From positions 868,001 to 932,000 of the forward strand of contig NC_079240.1 of NCBI RefSeq assembly GCF_027921745.1: DNA of 64,000 bases, in the 5' to 3' direction. The translations under genes were made by a program, and so were the position numbers. Below the pieces are notes generated by a model. It made no database searches, was not told the origin of the DNA, and saw only the letters and a list, made by a program, of their open reading frames with translations. The number at the start of each line of letters is the position of its first letter. Position 1 is the stretch's first letter. Shown here in pieces: positions 21,827 through 35,300 of this stretch. The DNA is from Schizosaccharomyces osmophilus. Lineage: Eukaryota.

Positions 21827-24800
21827 ATGTCTCAGGCTCAGACTATTTTTAGCAGAATTCGCGGTCCGTTCTGCAAATTAAGTCAATATAGTCTTCCATT
21901 GTCTTCTTCTGCTTCAGCAATTGAGACAGAAAACCTGAAAGTCGCGCTTAAAGAAGCAAAGGATGCTTTAGCACAGATTTTAAATGACCCAAACCAAAAG
22001 TTATCCCCTAATTTATGTGATTATTTATTTTTTCCTGTAGCTCCGGTTCTTAAATCTTGGAGCCGTGTTCCTAGCACCGGTCTTGAGCACGCTTTAGAGT
22101 GCATTCTATTGATATACAATCATGGGTGGAAACACATTCATAATGAAATTCTCACCCTTCAACTCATTTTGCTGATTATGAATATTGCAGATGGCTGGAA
22201 ATCTCCGTCTGACCATTCACGTCAAGATGCTTATGTACAAGAAACTGCCCTGGAGGTACTAAAGGATTTAATAGTCGACTTTCGTCCTAGGATGGAGGAT
22301 CAAAGACAATATCTACTATTTGCTAGATGTTTTTCTTATACTTTGGATTTGTTTTCTAAGAGCAATAGTTCTGTGAGATTACAAAAAGCAACTCTCGAGT
22401 GCATGGACGCTTTACTACATCTGCCAGTTTCTCTTGAAGTATTAACTACCTTTCTCCCTGGAATTGTCTCTGGTTTGACAAAAGGACTCAGTCCAAAAGG
22501 TCCGTGTCGCTATTTTCAATGTGTTTCCAGGGCTTTGCAGGTTTTGGATTATACCCTAGTTACAATTGTTGGGGATAGTGTCACAAAAGATCTGCCGGAA
22601 GTCAAAGAGTCTCTTGATTCCTCTAGTTTCATAGGAGTCACGAAAAGAACTGCGGCTTGGAAACGAGCCAGCTGTCAACAAATTAGCACTGCTGTTAAAA
22701 CGATTTTGCATCATCGTTCATCCCAAAACTTGCATTTACAGACATCCCTCTTCCATTTTTGCTTTTCGCTATTTACAAATTGTCTAGACTCACTAAAGGA
22801 TTGTCGCATCCATTTGCTGGAAACCATGCTTCTGTTGGTAAACAAAAAAGAAAATCCACAACTTGCTAGTACTGGCATAAAAATGGTATCAGATTATATT
22901 TCTTCTCAAAATAATACATTAGTAATGGAAAACGTTCTTTCCTATTGCTTGCAATCATGGTCATCTACCTGGTCTGGTGTATCGAATCTTGCTTCAGAGG
23001 ATGTGAAGTTGGAAAAACTAAAGCAATTACGATGCCTTTTAACATTATCTGAGCAGATTCCCAGTGTCTTACAATCGACCGAGTCACTTTTGGGAGATAT
23101 TCTGAGTCAGCTTAGCCCAAATGCTTCAGGTATTGAAACAAACTATCGAAAGGTACTTACATCGACTTCTTCGGGAAAGAATGTAATCGACGGATATTTT
23201 TTCGGGGGCAATGAAATGGAACAAGTTATCAAATACATTGTGCTTCAATTTGCCGACTCTCCTCAAGCCAAATATCTTTTGCAATCATTGTTTTTGAAAT
23301 CTACTTCAGTTGTGAATCAGCCCTCCCTAACGGCGTTGTGGGCTGGTTTGCACATTATAAAGCATACTAAATTTGGGAACGTGAAGGGATTATTTTTGGA
23401 GTCTTATGAGCAAAAATCACTAGAAATTATACAGGATATCTCACAGTTGAATAGTTTTCACGGAAGAAATTTGAAGGAAGAAAAACAAAAGAAATATTTT
23501 GGTATACTCTGTACTCGAGCTTGTATTGCAATGGATTGTATTAGTTGGATAGCCGCGGAACAAGGAAAAAGTTTCCGCCCAAAGCTTATGAGCGTATTTT
23601 ATCCTATTTTAGAACATTTGGCGTTTGCTTCTCCTTTTGTGTCTACTTTTGCTGAAGCTTGCATAGAATCCATGGTTCATAACTGCGAATATGCGTCAGC
23701 TGCGGAAATGCTACGGGAGAACATTGATTACGTTATAAACTCTGTGGCATTAAAGCTGAATACATTGGAAATTACACCTCAGCTTCCTTTGGTGATGGCT
23801 TATGTTATAAAAAATGATGACGGTAGCGGCGTACAATATATCGGGGACGTTATTGAGTCTATCTTTACGATTTTGGACAATTATCACGGGTACACAAGAC
23901 TTACAGAAGGGCTTTTGGGAATCCTGTATGAAATTATGAAACAACAAAGTGTACAGTCTCGTGAAAAGAAACGATACTTGAAGGGTGAAGCGTCGAATGA
24001 AATTACGGAGAAAGAGGACCAAGGATTAATATCGAAGGATATTCAAAAATTTTTGGAAGCTTGCCAACAAAACCCAAATTACCCCTCTCCGCCGACGGAG
24101 GAAGTAATGGGTGCAGAAATAAAATCGACGGAAGACGGACAGGAAGGTTTCAAAATGCATTTGGAAAGAGAAGCAGAGAAACAAAGTCTGGAAAAGGGCG
24201 AAAACGAAGAACTCATGGAGCAGACTAAAGGTGAGGATGATGAAAAGAAGGGTAGTACCGGAATGGTCAAAATGGTCCAACAAATAGCAGAAAAAGCCCA
24301 ACTTTTTTTGAGCCATCAGCAAATAACGATTCGAGTTCAGATGATACGGCTTTTGGGTTACGCATGTCAAGTACTTGTTGAAGACCCGGATACGTTTTAC
24401 CCGACTATTCACACATGCTGGCCATTGCTCATTACGCAACTCACTACAGGTGAACCAGTGTTGACAGAATTGGCATTAGGAAGCATTGCACAAATGTGTA
24501 CATTGGCACATGAGTTTATGGGATCGCGCATTAGAAAGGACTTGATTCCGAGATTGAAGACGCTGGTGAAAGAGAATGTGTTGTGGGAACAGGCGTCTCC
24601 TTTCTCGACAGAGCATCATTTGCAAAGATCCATAGCGTACGTGGGACTTGCATGCATGGAAAGCCGGCAGAGTTTGTCGGTGTATCTGGACTTTTTGGAT
24701 CTTGTTGCGCCAATCTTGCGTTGTTTAGAAAAGATGGCACAGACCAATCGCGAAGATAAAGAATTCGTGGAATCAGTATGGAATGCGTTTTCAAGACAAA

Positions 24801-25159
24801 ATGCCGATGCAGTGTATTATGAGCGAGAAGTGGTGAAACACAAACAAGAGCTGTTGGAACCGGGAAGTTTGAAAATGGGCATACAAGACAAGCCAAAGCG
24901 ACGACCACTGATGTACAGTGGATCTGGGCAAGATACACTGGAGCCAAATGAGAAAGCATCTAAACCAAGTCTTTTGGAGGAACTGCGTACACAAACTACG
25001 GCAACGACTGGGCATGAAAACCAGCAAGGGGAAGAAGAAGCTGGGGAAAACACAGGCAAGGAAGATTCGTTACCCTCACTTGACCATTTGCTAGATGGTC
25101 AGCTGACGGAAGGTCCTCAATCCAAGAAAACCAAGAAACCATTGATTTCAATGTTGTAA
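21827..25159 (+). CDS. tti1: TTT co-chaperone subunit Tti1 (HEAT-repeat protein)
   Basis: 1110-aa helical protein with motifs LCDYLFFP, FLPGIVSGL, ENIDYVINSVALKLN and FMGSRI. Confidence 0.88.
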   Translation: MSQAQTIFSRIRGPFCKLSQYSLPLSSSASAIETENLKVALKEAKDALAQILNDPNQKLSPNLCDYLFFPVAPVLKSWSRVPSTGLEHALECILLIYNHGWKHIHNEILTLQLILLIMNIADGWKSPSDHSRQDAYVQETALEVLKDLIVDFRPRMEDQRQYLLFARCFSYTLDLFSKSNSSVRLQKATLECMDALLHLPVSLEVLTTFLPGIVSGLTKGLSPKGPCRYFQCVSRALQVLDYTLVTIVGDSVTKDLPEVKESLDSSSFIGVTKRTAAWKRASCQQISTAVKTILHHRSSQNLHLQTSLFHFCFSLFTNCLDSLKDCRIHLLETMLLLVNKKENPQLASTGIKMVSDYISSQNNTLVMENVLSYCLQSWSSTWSGVSNLASEDVKLEKLKQLRCLLTLSEQIPSVLQSTESLLGDILSQLSPNASGIETNYRKVLTSTSSGKNVIDGYFFGGNEMEQVIKYIVLQFADSPQAKYLLQSLFLKSTSVVNQPSLTALWAGLHIIKHTKFGNVKGLFLESYEQKSLEIIQDISQLNSFHGRNLKEEKQKKYFGILCTRACIAMDCISWIAAEQGKSFRPKLMSVFYPILEHLAFASPFVSTFAEACIESMVHNCEYASAAEMLRENIDYVINSVALKLNTLEITPQLPLVMAYVIKNDDGSGVQYIGDVIESIFTILDNYHGYTRLTEGLLGILYEIMKQQSVQSREKKRYLKGEASNEITEKEDQGLISKDIQKFLEACQQNPNYPSPPTEEVMGAEIKSTEDGQEGFKMHLEREAEKQSLEKGENEELMEQTKGEDDEKKGSTGMVKMVQQIAEKAQLFLSHQQITIRVQMIRLLGYACQVLVEDPDTFYPTIHTCWPLLITQLTTGEPVLTELALGSIAQMCTLAHEFMGSRIRKDLIPRLKTLVKENVLWEQASPFSTEHHLQRSIAYVGLACMESRQSLSVYLDFLDLVAPILRCLEKMAQTNREDKEFVESVWNAFSRQNADAVYYEREVVKHKQELLEPGSLKMGIQDKPKRRPLMYSGSGQDTLEPNEKASKPSLLEELRTQTTATTGHENQQGEEEAGENTGKEDSLPSLDHLLDGQLTEGPQSKKTKKPLISML

Positions 25160-25452
25160 CGAGATGCTCTGCAAAAATAAAAGCTACTTGTCTTCCAAGT
25201 TTACAAAGCGACAAGGGAGATGGAATCCGGTTTTCACCATTTTCCTTTTATTATTCTTACTACATTCTTGAGAATCTATGTAAACTTGGTTGGAACGAAT
25301 TACGAGACCGAGTTTACGTTTCGTTTCAACGTTTCCCTACCAACTACAAAGTGCTAAAACACACATTCAACACTAACCCACCCATTCACTCACTACCACG
25401 AACGCCCACATACTCTCTTTCTATGACTTTTCCATAAAAATTTCATGTTTCA

Positions 25453-25538
25453 TTTTATCTGATGAGATAAAACCTGATCTTTTTGCTCCGCCAAATTTTC
25501 TTATCAGTAACCCCAGTCATACACCCACAAAATGACGT
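25453..25538. promoter_or_regulatory. gdh1 promoter: GATA cluster and CRE
   Basis: Inverted TTTTATCT-gatg-AGATAAAA (25453-25472), TTATCA (25501-25506) and ATGACGT (25532-25538), upstream of a nitrogen assimilation gene. Confidence 0.5.
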
Positions 25539-25838
25539 AAAGCCGAAGAGATACCGCCGGAATCAAGCAGATCAACGCCAGAGCGCTTTACCCGGTCAAA
25601 CGCTTGTTTAAATCACCCCGTAAAGAAGCGGAATTGTGACTGTTTTGTGGAATGTTAGATAGCGATCTGTATATAGAGGCATCTTTCGCTGCTTTGGAAA
25701 AATGTAAAAACAGCTTGTTTACACGATTTCGTGTCTGTTGTTTTTGTAGAGAACCCAAAGAAAGAAAAGGGTTTCCGTATATATTTTTCCTCTGCCTCCG
25801 TTAGAACGAAAGGTGTTGAATTCCTTACTTTTTGCAAA

Positions 25839-27194
25839 ATGGTCGCTCCTCACGAACCCGAATTTGATCAGGCTTACAAGGAGATTATCTCCTCTGTGGA
25901 AGACTCCAAGCTCTTCAATGCTCATCCTGAATTAAGGCGTGTCTTGCCAATCATCTCTATTCCCGAACGTGTTTTGCAATTTCGAGTTACTTGGGAAGAT
26001 GACCAAGGTAACTGCCGTGTCAACACTGGCTACCGTGTCCAATTCAACTCTGCATTGGGCCCTTACAAGGGTGGTCTCCGTTTTCATCCCTCTGTCAACT
26101 TGAGTATCCTCAAGTTCTTGGGCTTTGAGCAAATCTTCAAGAATGCTCTCACTGGCCTTCCCATGGGAGGTGGTAAGGGTGGTTCCGACTTTGATCCTAA
26201 GGGAAAGTCTGACTCTGAAATTCGCCGTTTCTCCCAAGCATTCATGCGCCAACTTTTCCGTTACATCGGTCCTCAAACTGACGTCCCTGCTGGTGACATC
26301 GGTGTCACTGGTTTTGTCGTCAACGCTATGTTTGGAGAGTACAAGCGTCTTCGTGACGAGTACTCTGGTGTTTTGACCGGAAAGCACATGCTCACTGGTG
26401 GCAGTAACGTCCGTCCCGAAGCCACCGGTTTCGGTGTTGTCTACTATGTCTGCCACATGATTCAATATGCTTCCAAGAGCACCAAGGGCATTACCGGCAA
26501 GCGCGTTGCCATCTCTGGTAGTGGTAACGTTGCCCAATACGCCGCTCTCAAGTGCATGGAACTCGGTGCCGTCGTTAAGAGCTTGAGCGACTCTAAGGGT
26601 GCTTTGATTGCCACCAGTCCCGAAGGCCTTACTCCCGATGTCATTTACAAAATTCAGGAACTTAAAGAAAAGCGTCTCGCTATCACTGATTCTCTTGAAC
26701 TTACCAACAAGCACAAGTTCATTGCCGGTGCCCGTCCCTGGACTCATGTCGGTGAAGTCGACATTGCTTTGCCTTGCGCTACTCAAAACGAAGTTAGCGG
26801 TGAAGAAGCTGAAGCTTTGATCAAGGCTGGTTGCCGTTTCGTCGCTGAAGGCTCCAACATGGGTTCTTCTGCCGAAGCTGTCGAGGTTTTTGAGAAGTCT
26901 CGTGCCAACGGCAAAGGTTGCTGGTTGGCCCCCGGTAAGGCTGCTAATGCCGGTGGTGTTGCTGTCTCTGGTTTAGAAATGGCCCAAAATGCTCAATTTA
27001 GCACTTGGTCTCATTCAGAGGTTGATGGTCGCTTGGCTGATATCATGAACTCTATCTTTACTCAATCTACCGATGCTGCTTCCAAATACTGTGAAAGTGG
27101 AAGCAACAACCTTCCTAGTCTTTTCGACGGTGCCAACTTGGCTGGTTTCATCCGTGTCGCTCGTGCTATGGAAGCTATTGCTGACTGGTGGTAA
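25839..27194 (+). CDS. gdh1: NADP-specific glutamate dehydrogenase, 451 aa
   Basis: ATG at 25839 (MVAPHEPEF). Motifs [35 protein letters not shown] and SGSGNVA. Confidence 0.97.
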   Translation: MVAPHEPEFDQAYKEIISSVEDSKLFNAHPELRRVLPIISIPERVLQFRVTWEDDQGNCRVNTGYRVQFNSALGPYKGGLRFHPSVNLSILKFLGFEQIFKNALTGLPMGGGKGGSDFDPKGKSDSEIRRFSQAFMRQLFRYIGPQTDVPAGDIGVTGFVVNAMFGEYKRLRDEYSGVLTGKHMLTGGSNVRPEATGFGVVYYVCHMIQYASKSTKGITGKRVAISGSGNVAQYAALKCMELGAVVKSLSDSKGALIATSPEGLTPDVIYKIQELKEKRLAITDSLELTNKHKFIAGARPWTHVGEVDIALPCATQNEVSGEEAEALIKAGCRFVAEGSNMGSSAEAVEVFEKSRANGKGCWLAPGKAANAGGVAVSGLEMAQNAQFSTWSHSEVDGRLADIMNSIFTQSTDAASKYCESGSNNLPSLFDGANLAGFIRVARAMEAIADWW

Positions 27195-27585
27195 AGTAAT
27201 AGTATGCTTAAATGATTGCTATGAATATTATTTATGCTATGAAAAGGATATCGTTAACTTGTTCCTATAAATATCCTCCATGTATGCTCCCAGTTTCTCA
27301 CTCGCTACTCACGACTTTGCATTCTCATAAGTTTGTATACTTGCACTCTTTTATGTCTCATTTTTTGTACCTAGGATAAAATAATACTTGAAAACTTGTT
27401 GGATGCAAAAGTTTTATTCCTTACAAAAAAACATTTACATTAAAAATCAATGCATTTGTAAGCTTTTAATAAATATTTAACGTTACGATAAGAAAGGAAG
27501 TGTAAAGAAAAGTATGTTTTTAAATATTATAATCGTTCAATCATGTCGAACTAAAACTCAAGCATGGGAGATCATAGAGTTTTTT

Positions 27586-29315
27586 TTAAAGGGATGGATA
27601 ATTTGCGCTCAAAAGAAGAGCTCGACCTTCAGCCAAATAAGAAGGAGATGTTTCGTCGAGAAAGTTATCTTCTGTGTCTGAAGACTCTGCTTCGAGCGTA
27701 TCAATCACAGGTGACCTTTGAAGTCCATAAGAATAAATAACGTGCCGAAGCCAATATTTCAATGAAAACAATGAAAACAAAACAGGCATAAGAATAAATA
27801 CGGGATACCGCTTGCTAATTAAGTTACCAAGAGGCAGAAGATCAATACTTTCTCCGTAAAACTTGTGAAACTGCGTAGGAAAGAACTGTAAGGACGTAAA
27901 ATTATAGCATAAAGGCAAAGTTAACCGGCACAGTTGGGAAGCAAAGCAAAGTAATGATGCTGGTCCGGTAGCACGCGACGGAACTACGGCATATTGATGA
28001 TAGGATGCAAATTGAGTGTTTATTACAGACTTATAAGTGCAATATCTCATGTAGTTGATAATAACGAAGGAAACGAATGCGCAAAGAGAGGGAGAATCTT
28101 GAATACGGTTTAAAAAGATGCCAACAAGAGAGTGTTTTGAGTGTAAAAACAGTTCAGAGACAACGATAACAAAGCTTAAAAGAGCAAGAAAACAAGCTAT
28201 AAGGATTCGAAGAGCCGGAACGACCCATACGTAAAGAGTGTAAGCGAGAACAGGGTGCATTTGAATATACGAGTCGGGCAAGTATAGTCGGTATGATGAG
28301 GATGCTTTAACGGTTTGTATGGAGTTTATCATGTTATATTCTTTTACCATCTGTGTCCACGTGGTTTGCAAAGGTAAAACATGAGACATGGCCTGGGATA
28401 CAGCAGAAGTGGTAAAATCGCTGTCAGTTGCATATGAAGCTCGAATGTCAAGGTTGTAGGATCGTTCCATGTTCATCGTACTGGAGCTCGAATACGCAGA
28501 AAACTCATCTAAACGTTCTTGCAATTTAGAATAGATGTTGACTGCTTTTCTTTCTAAAAGATGAGCTCGTTCATTAAGGAACGCTTTCCTCCACATATTA
28601 CGAGGAACGAAAACGAGTCCATTACCAAGAAGAAAGATCACAAATAGGAGACCCCAAAAGTAAGTAAGAGAAATAATCAATTCCTTAAAGTTTGTAAAAG
28701 ACATTGTACGAAGGGTGAAGCGCAAATAAGCAACAACGAACAACGACAGAAATGTTAAAAATCCATAATAGCGCAAATTCTTGTACAAAGAATCCTTTAT
28801 CCTCTTTTCAGCGGTTGGAAATTGACTCTCAATATATTCTTGAATAAATGGAAGTATGAACCAAGTCGCTATGAAAGTAGTCCAATATAGAATTCGCCAT
28901 TTGAAAATGCTGACCTCCTATAAAAAAGAACATTAGTTTACGAACCCAAAGAATTCCTTAAAAAAGAAAAAAGAAAAGAAAAAGAACAAGATACACCGGT
29001 TCAATGAAGGTTTTCGTTTGCCTTTCCTTCTTTGAAACTTCCAACTCTCTTGTTTATGGAGAAGTGCTGTTTCAGCTTTCACGCAGCCTCATGCCATAAA
29101 GTTTTTTTTTTCTTTTCTTTAACCTTTTTTGTAAACTTTTAACTTACCCATACGATATCGAGAGGAATTAGTAGCACGACTAGAAAAGGAACGTAAAGAC
29201 CTAAAAACACAAAAGTCCTGGTTATCCAGGTCAACGAATGCTGTTGAGAATATTTATATATCCAAATAACCGTCCAAAGAGCCGGCACTGACAAAAACAG
29301 CAGTTGGCCCAGCAT
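27586..29315 (-). CDS. LMBR1-like multi-pass membrane protein (about 499 aa, 2 exons)
   Basis: Exons 29315-29148 and 28917-27586 (GTAAGT..CTAAT..TAG). Motifs [38 protein letters not shown] and [10 protein letters not shown]. Confidence 0.85.
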
Positions 29316-30295
29316 GTTGGGTGTGAGCAAAGGTTGATAGTATCGTCCAAACGAATTTCAATTATGATATATATGTATACAGAGAGAGAGATAAACAATA
29401 ACAAACGGTAAACAAACGTTTTCGAGCCCGATTTTCTTATTCCGAGAAGCTACAAATTGTTTGTGAAATAATGTACTCGTATAATTTTTATCGTGAAAAT
29501 GTAAATAAAGACTTTGAGAAAAAGTGTATCCATACGTGAATATGATGCGAACGGTTTTCTACAAAAGTTACATTTAGCTTTTGGCTTCGCTCGCTTGGAA
29601 TGAGAATCCGGGCAAAGAATGTTTACGTGTATTGTTAACAATAGAAAATACGTTTTCTTCTGTTTTTGTCATTAGACATTGTTCTTTTCTTATTCAGTTT
29701 ATTTTGATATAAAAGAAAAAAAGAAAAAAAAAATTTATAAAAGTGTTGAGCCCGGAGACGTATGCACTAGGTTTGCAAAATTTGGGAATTTCCTGGTTTT
29801 TTTTTGTTTACTTCCATGTAAACAAAAAAAATAGAAAGCCTTAAAAACTAGAAATTGTGGTTGCAATTCTATAAGCAATACGTTTTATAAATAAGCATTT
29901 TATTCACATTTTTTGGTTTTTCGTAGCACTTGCCAATTTGTCCATAGGATGATTTGATAACTGCAAGGTAAAGTTTGTTGTTGGTTGGGTTTTTATTTTA
30001 ATTTTCAAGTTCACAATTCCAAAGTCTATATTATCTTTAAAAAAAAGAAAGAAAGAAGAAATACTGGATTTCATCTGCTCTATGCTAAACAAGTTTGATG
30101 AAAACAAATGTGAAAATTCACAAGTGCTACACGTTTCAACTAAGATGGTGTCAAGAACGAAATATGGAAATGATGAATGAATACTTTTGAGAAATTTAAA
30201 CGTATACGCTCGTATCATTCTTTGCATTCGTATATCAATCGTTCGTATTCCTACCAACTACCATCTTTGCCCGAGACGAGGTATTTCTTGGTAAA

Positions 30296-32790
30296 ATGAA
30301 CGAGGATGATGAAATTTTAGCTCATTATGGACTAAAGAGCTTTCACCAAGACTACTGGACAGAGAAAAGCGATTTAGATCTGAGAGGTCAGCCAGCTCCG
30401 TTGTCAAGTCCTTTAGACTCAGCGCATCATGGACGCAATCGTTCTGACGATATACTTCAAACGACAGGGTAAGTAAGAAGAAGAGTTGCACCAAACTTAC
30501 TAAGGAACGTAGCTCAGGGTCTGATCCTTATTATCCGAATGGTGTACAGGGAAATCCGGTAGCCCATTCAGCAATGAAAAGGAGTCAAACGAGTGCAATG
30601 CCATCTATGACTATTCCAATGATGGAAAGAAGCAAATATGATTCTGCATCTTCAAATTGGAGTCGAGGATCGCCTTCTGCAGTCGTTGGTATGAACGGCA
30701 AAGTGCAAACCAAAAAGCCTTCAAATGGGTCACGCCTGCTTTTAGGTCTCATGGAGACAAACTTTAACAAGTTTATTGCAACGAAGGAAACAATTGATAA
30801 CGTTTATGCACAGATCGTATCTACGCTTGGCGAACACGGTCAGTTGAATACAATGGAAATATGTGAGGAAAGTCTTAATGAAGCAATCAAAGAATTTCAC
30901 GGACTTGATGATGAATCTATGAAGCAATTGGATGTAGACTACGGAAAACTTCTTGTCTTACAACAATGTAAAGTTTTTTATTCCCTTCCCGAAAAATTTC
31001 GGCAGTTTTATGAACAGGAAAAATACTCAAAATTGTTACAGGAGTACAAAAAAGCCAAAATCGTTTATGAAAAAGAACATGACCGAGCATTACGAAACAA
31101 TAAACCTTTGGCTACCCTAATGGAGCATGCTTGGCATGTTGCTCAATCGTCCCTCGACAGTCTTGCTTCTTCCATATGGAATCGTATCTTACATACAGAA
31201 GGAGATTTTTCTTACATTATTGAGTCCTTATCAGATTTGTTAAAAATAAAGTCAAATCCCATAAGTGGTCGTGATCCTGTTTTGTATGCCATGGTAAGCC
31301 AGCAAAAACACCTTTATACGTTTATGAAAGAGAAGTTTTCCTATTATGAGTCTCTTATTAAACTTCGACAAGACGAATCCGGGAAATTTGCCTATGCTCA
31401 AGCTTCCCTCATGCTAGTTTGGAAAGCCGTGTCTAGAGGTGGTGATTTGGACTATGCCTTGAGGGGCAGACCGGAGGTATTTGCCGGTATGCAATTAATC
31501 GAGTGGGCAAGCGTTTGCGTTGGAGCGATTACCCAAGAAATCAAAGAAATAGAGCTGCTAACTAAGGAGTTTTTGGCCGGGACAATACAAAAAGATTATC
31601 CAGAAGATGCCAAACGATATGGTCATGATCCAAAACAAATGGGAGTCATTGTAGAAAAGCTAAATAGTCAATTCACAGAATTGCTATACAATTTTGTTGG
31701 AGAACGCGGAGAGCGATTAGAGTTGGACGGAGCAAACGTATTGATTCAGTTGCATTACTTTCAACGAGTGGCCGATTTACTTCCAAAAAAAGCTCGCCCC
31801 ATTTTTAGCATGGCCGCAACGCGTTCTCTCGTGGATACTTGGATTTTACAACATGTAACTCGTGCACAGACACCGGATCTTTCCAGTTTGTTTATCTTTA
31901 AAGGCACTGATAGTCAGTACTTGAGACCAGAACTGCTAATTATCGATATATTAAAAGGTTTAGAACACCTATACCAGGCTCCTCAACGTGACGAGATTAT
32001 TAAGGAAATCCATGAAGCATTTTATAAAGTGCTGTATACGGCGGCATACGTTCCAGCAATTGATACAACAACAGCTTCGAACTTCGCGGACTGGGACTCC
32101 AGTTTAACTACCCTCATTGATAGCTGTGTTGAGAAAACGCAACACCGGAATGCGGAAGAATTGACTTCCCTTGTACTGACAATGCGAAAGAAATTTCCCA
32201 TTTTGTCATTTTGCCTTTTCAAAGAAGACATTTTTGACATGACAAGTCGTATCTTTACTATCAAAGAGCGTTTACCATCTCTACAAACGTACCTTATTCA
32301 TAGCTTTCCATTGAATCAGACGGCTCCTTCGCTCGAGCACACATTTCATGATTCCCTTGGGACTCTCATGCAATTATACACAATCATCCTTTTACAAGAG
32401 ATTATGTCTTCGCAATGGTTGACCAAACAAACACGCGTTTCTTCTAATGCGAACTCAATTCATGCGTTTACGTTTGAATTATGCACCCTGCTGGAACGTG
32501 TATATCTGGAAGTGAAGGAAGCGTTGCCTGCAAAGGAAGCCCATCGATGGATGTCTTTTGTAACATCGAGTCTAACCAAGTTTTTCCTTGTCCAGTGTAC
32601 AACAGCAGCGCTTCAAGACCTTCCTGTAATTATTCAAATATTGCAAAGATGTGTGTCGTCTCCCGTTATGTCCAAGCTACTAGAAATACAAAAGAGTGAT
32701 CCAGTTGTCGATTCACCGGCAACAGAACAAAAACTTACGAATTTACTATCACGATACAAATTTCAATTTCCAGAAATGAGCTTTTCATAA
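30296..32790 (+). CDS. sec5: Exocyst subunit Sec5 (about 816 aa, 2 exons)
   Basis: Exons 30296-30468 and 30513-32790. N-terminus MNEDDEILAHYGL; motifs NFNKFIATKETIDNVY and FYSLP...EYKKAK. Confidence 0.82.
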
Positions 32791-33345
32791 ACAAATTAAT
32801 ATATTATTACTTTACAATCTTTCAGCATATAAAAGGCATTCACAAGCAAACACCGTAGCACACCCAGCCCATGATGAATCACAGCATAACAGAAATCATT
32901 CAAACATAAACCAAGATTGGAAGGGATCATCAAAGTAGTTAAGTAAAAAGGAGATTAAAATAAGAAACCTAGCTGCAAAGTTCACCTGTGCTTTAGGTTA
33001 TATACAAGAAATGACAAACAGTAGAAACAAACTCATCTTTCCAACCAGTGGTAACGTAGCTAAAAAAATAATAAAAAGGAAAATGCAGAAAGGGAAAATT
33101 AATAATCCTTGTAAGCGTCTTGTTTTATGCAGCGTTGAATGGATGGAATTTGTTCTATGGGCTTCCACATGAACCTGTCATGTATAACCAATCATAAACC
33201 CATTCAAAAACCAGAAAACTCTTCAAGGCAACCGTAAACCAAAGAACGCGTTTACAAAACACGTAGAATATAATTAGGACTCGCGGACATGCGAATGGGA
33301 CTTGCCAACAAATTGTTCAATTTGTTGATTTCAAAGTGAACGCAT

Positions 33346-33801
<456 letters not shown>

Positions 33802-33862
33802 TTATAGTGGTTGGTTCTTGGTAAGCTTCGTTGTTGACGCGATATATGTATACTAAATCCTC

Positions 33863-33880
33863 ATCATAAACCCTAACCCT
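33863..33880. promoter_or_regulatory. Histone AACCCT box in the divergent H2B/H2A promoter
   Basis: ATCATAAACCCTAACCCT, closely matching the fission yeast histone UAS bound by Ams2/Teb1. Confidence 0.9.
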
Positions 33881-34149
33881 TAGTGTAAACGACGCGTCGC
33901 GTAGATCATCATATAACGCGTCGCGACGTGGTGTGCTAAACGAGAGTGTAGTACTATATATAGTGGAGACGCGCCCGTAAACAGAGCTTTCTTAATATTA
34001 CGTCCAAGACTGAAAGAGCTTTCATTCATCTTTTCGTAAGAATTGGATTTAGACAAGTATTGTTGTTCTATAAGCTTGAAGACCAACAAAAAAATCTTGT
34101 TTTGTTTACGTTGAATCCTCGAATTTATCGTCTCTACACTTTTCAATAA

Positions 34150-34563
<414 letters not shown>

Positions 34564-35227
34564 GACAATTGTGTCTACAAAAGTCATGGAATATGTTGGG
34601 TTCAAGATGATTATGTATGTATATTAATGAGCATTTATTTCTAATATAATTTCCTTTTGTGGTAATCACAAAGCCGTAGTCGTAGTTTTTGTGTGAAAAG
34701 CGAACCAAAGGATGGTTTCATAATCGTATTCAAAAATATAGAGGAAGAGGTGATTGTTAAGGAGATATAAGATGAGGGAATTGAAGAGTCATGAAAAGCA
34801 AGCGAGAAAACAAAGCTATGAGTGTGTGAATTTAAGTAGACTGGTTAATATGTAGTTATGATGAATGAAATAGAAAATGAGTATCTCTTTTTTTTTTTTG
34901 TTTTTTCTTTTCTTTTCTTTTTTTTTTTTCTCTCTTTTATACAGAAACGAACCTTGTAAATTCAAAGTATGGTTTTCTATTGATGAGATTTATTGTATGT
35001 ATACGAGTAAAAAACCAATTCATCAGAAGACTATGTCGATTTGATTTCATAAAACTTTACAAAATGAAAAAGAAAAAAAAAAAAATTACATTGAATCTAA
35101 CAGTTTCTACCTGGAGGTGTCGCCAAACAAGGGAATTATTGGAAAAAAAAACAAAAACAAAAACAAAAAGAAATAGACAAAAAGGTACTTCGACATCAAA
35201 GTTTATTATATGCCAAAAAGGAAATAC

Positions 35228-35300
35228 CGAGTATGACAGGACTCGAACCTGCAATCTTTGGTGCCGAAAACCAACGCGTTAACCATTACGCTACATACCC
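35228..35300 (-). tRNA. tRNA-Arg, anticodon UCG, intronless
   Basis: The reverse complement folds as a cloverleaf: GGGTATG/CATACTC acceptor stem, GCGT/ACGC D-stem, TTGGT-TTTCGGC-ACCAA anticodon arm and GCAGG-TTCGAGT-CCTGT T-arm. A TATATA lies about 30 nt upstream and a T5 terminator at 35219-35215. Confidence 0.95.

Noticed and set aside
25932..26786. 284-aa antisense ORF inside gdh1 (also antisense ORFs in rpl6, ole1, histones, spt3 and ags1)
   Set aside because: Expected shadow of strong codon bias in the sense gene; no independent motifs.
34980..35282. Lys-rich and Phe-rich ORFs over the tRNA region (also 19542-19891, 37436-37887 and 55211-55582)
   Set aside because: Translations of poly(A)/poly(T) intergenic tracts; no coding signature.
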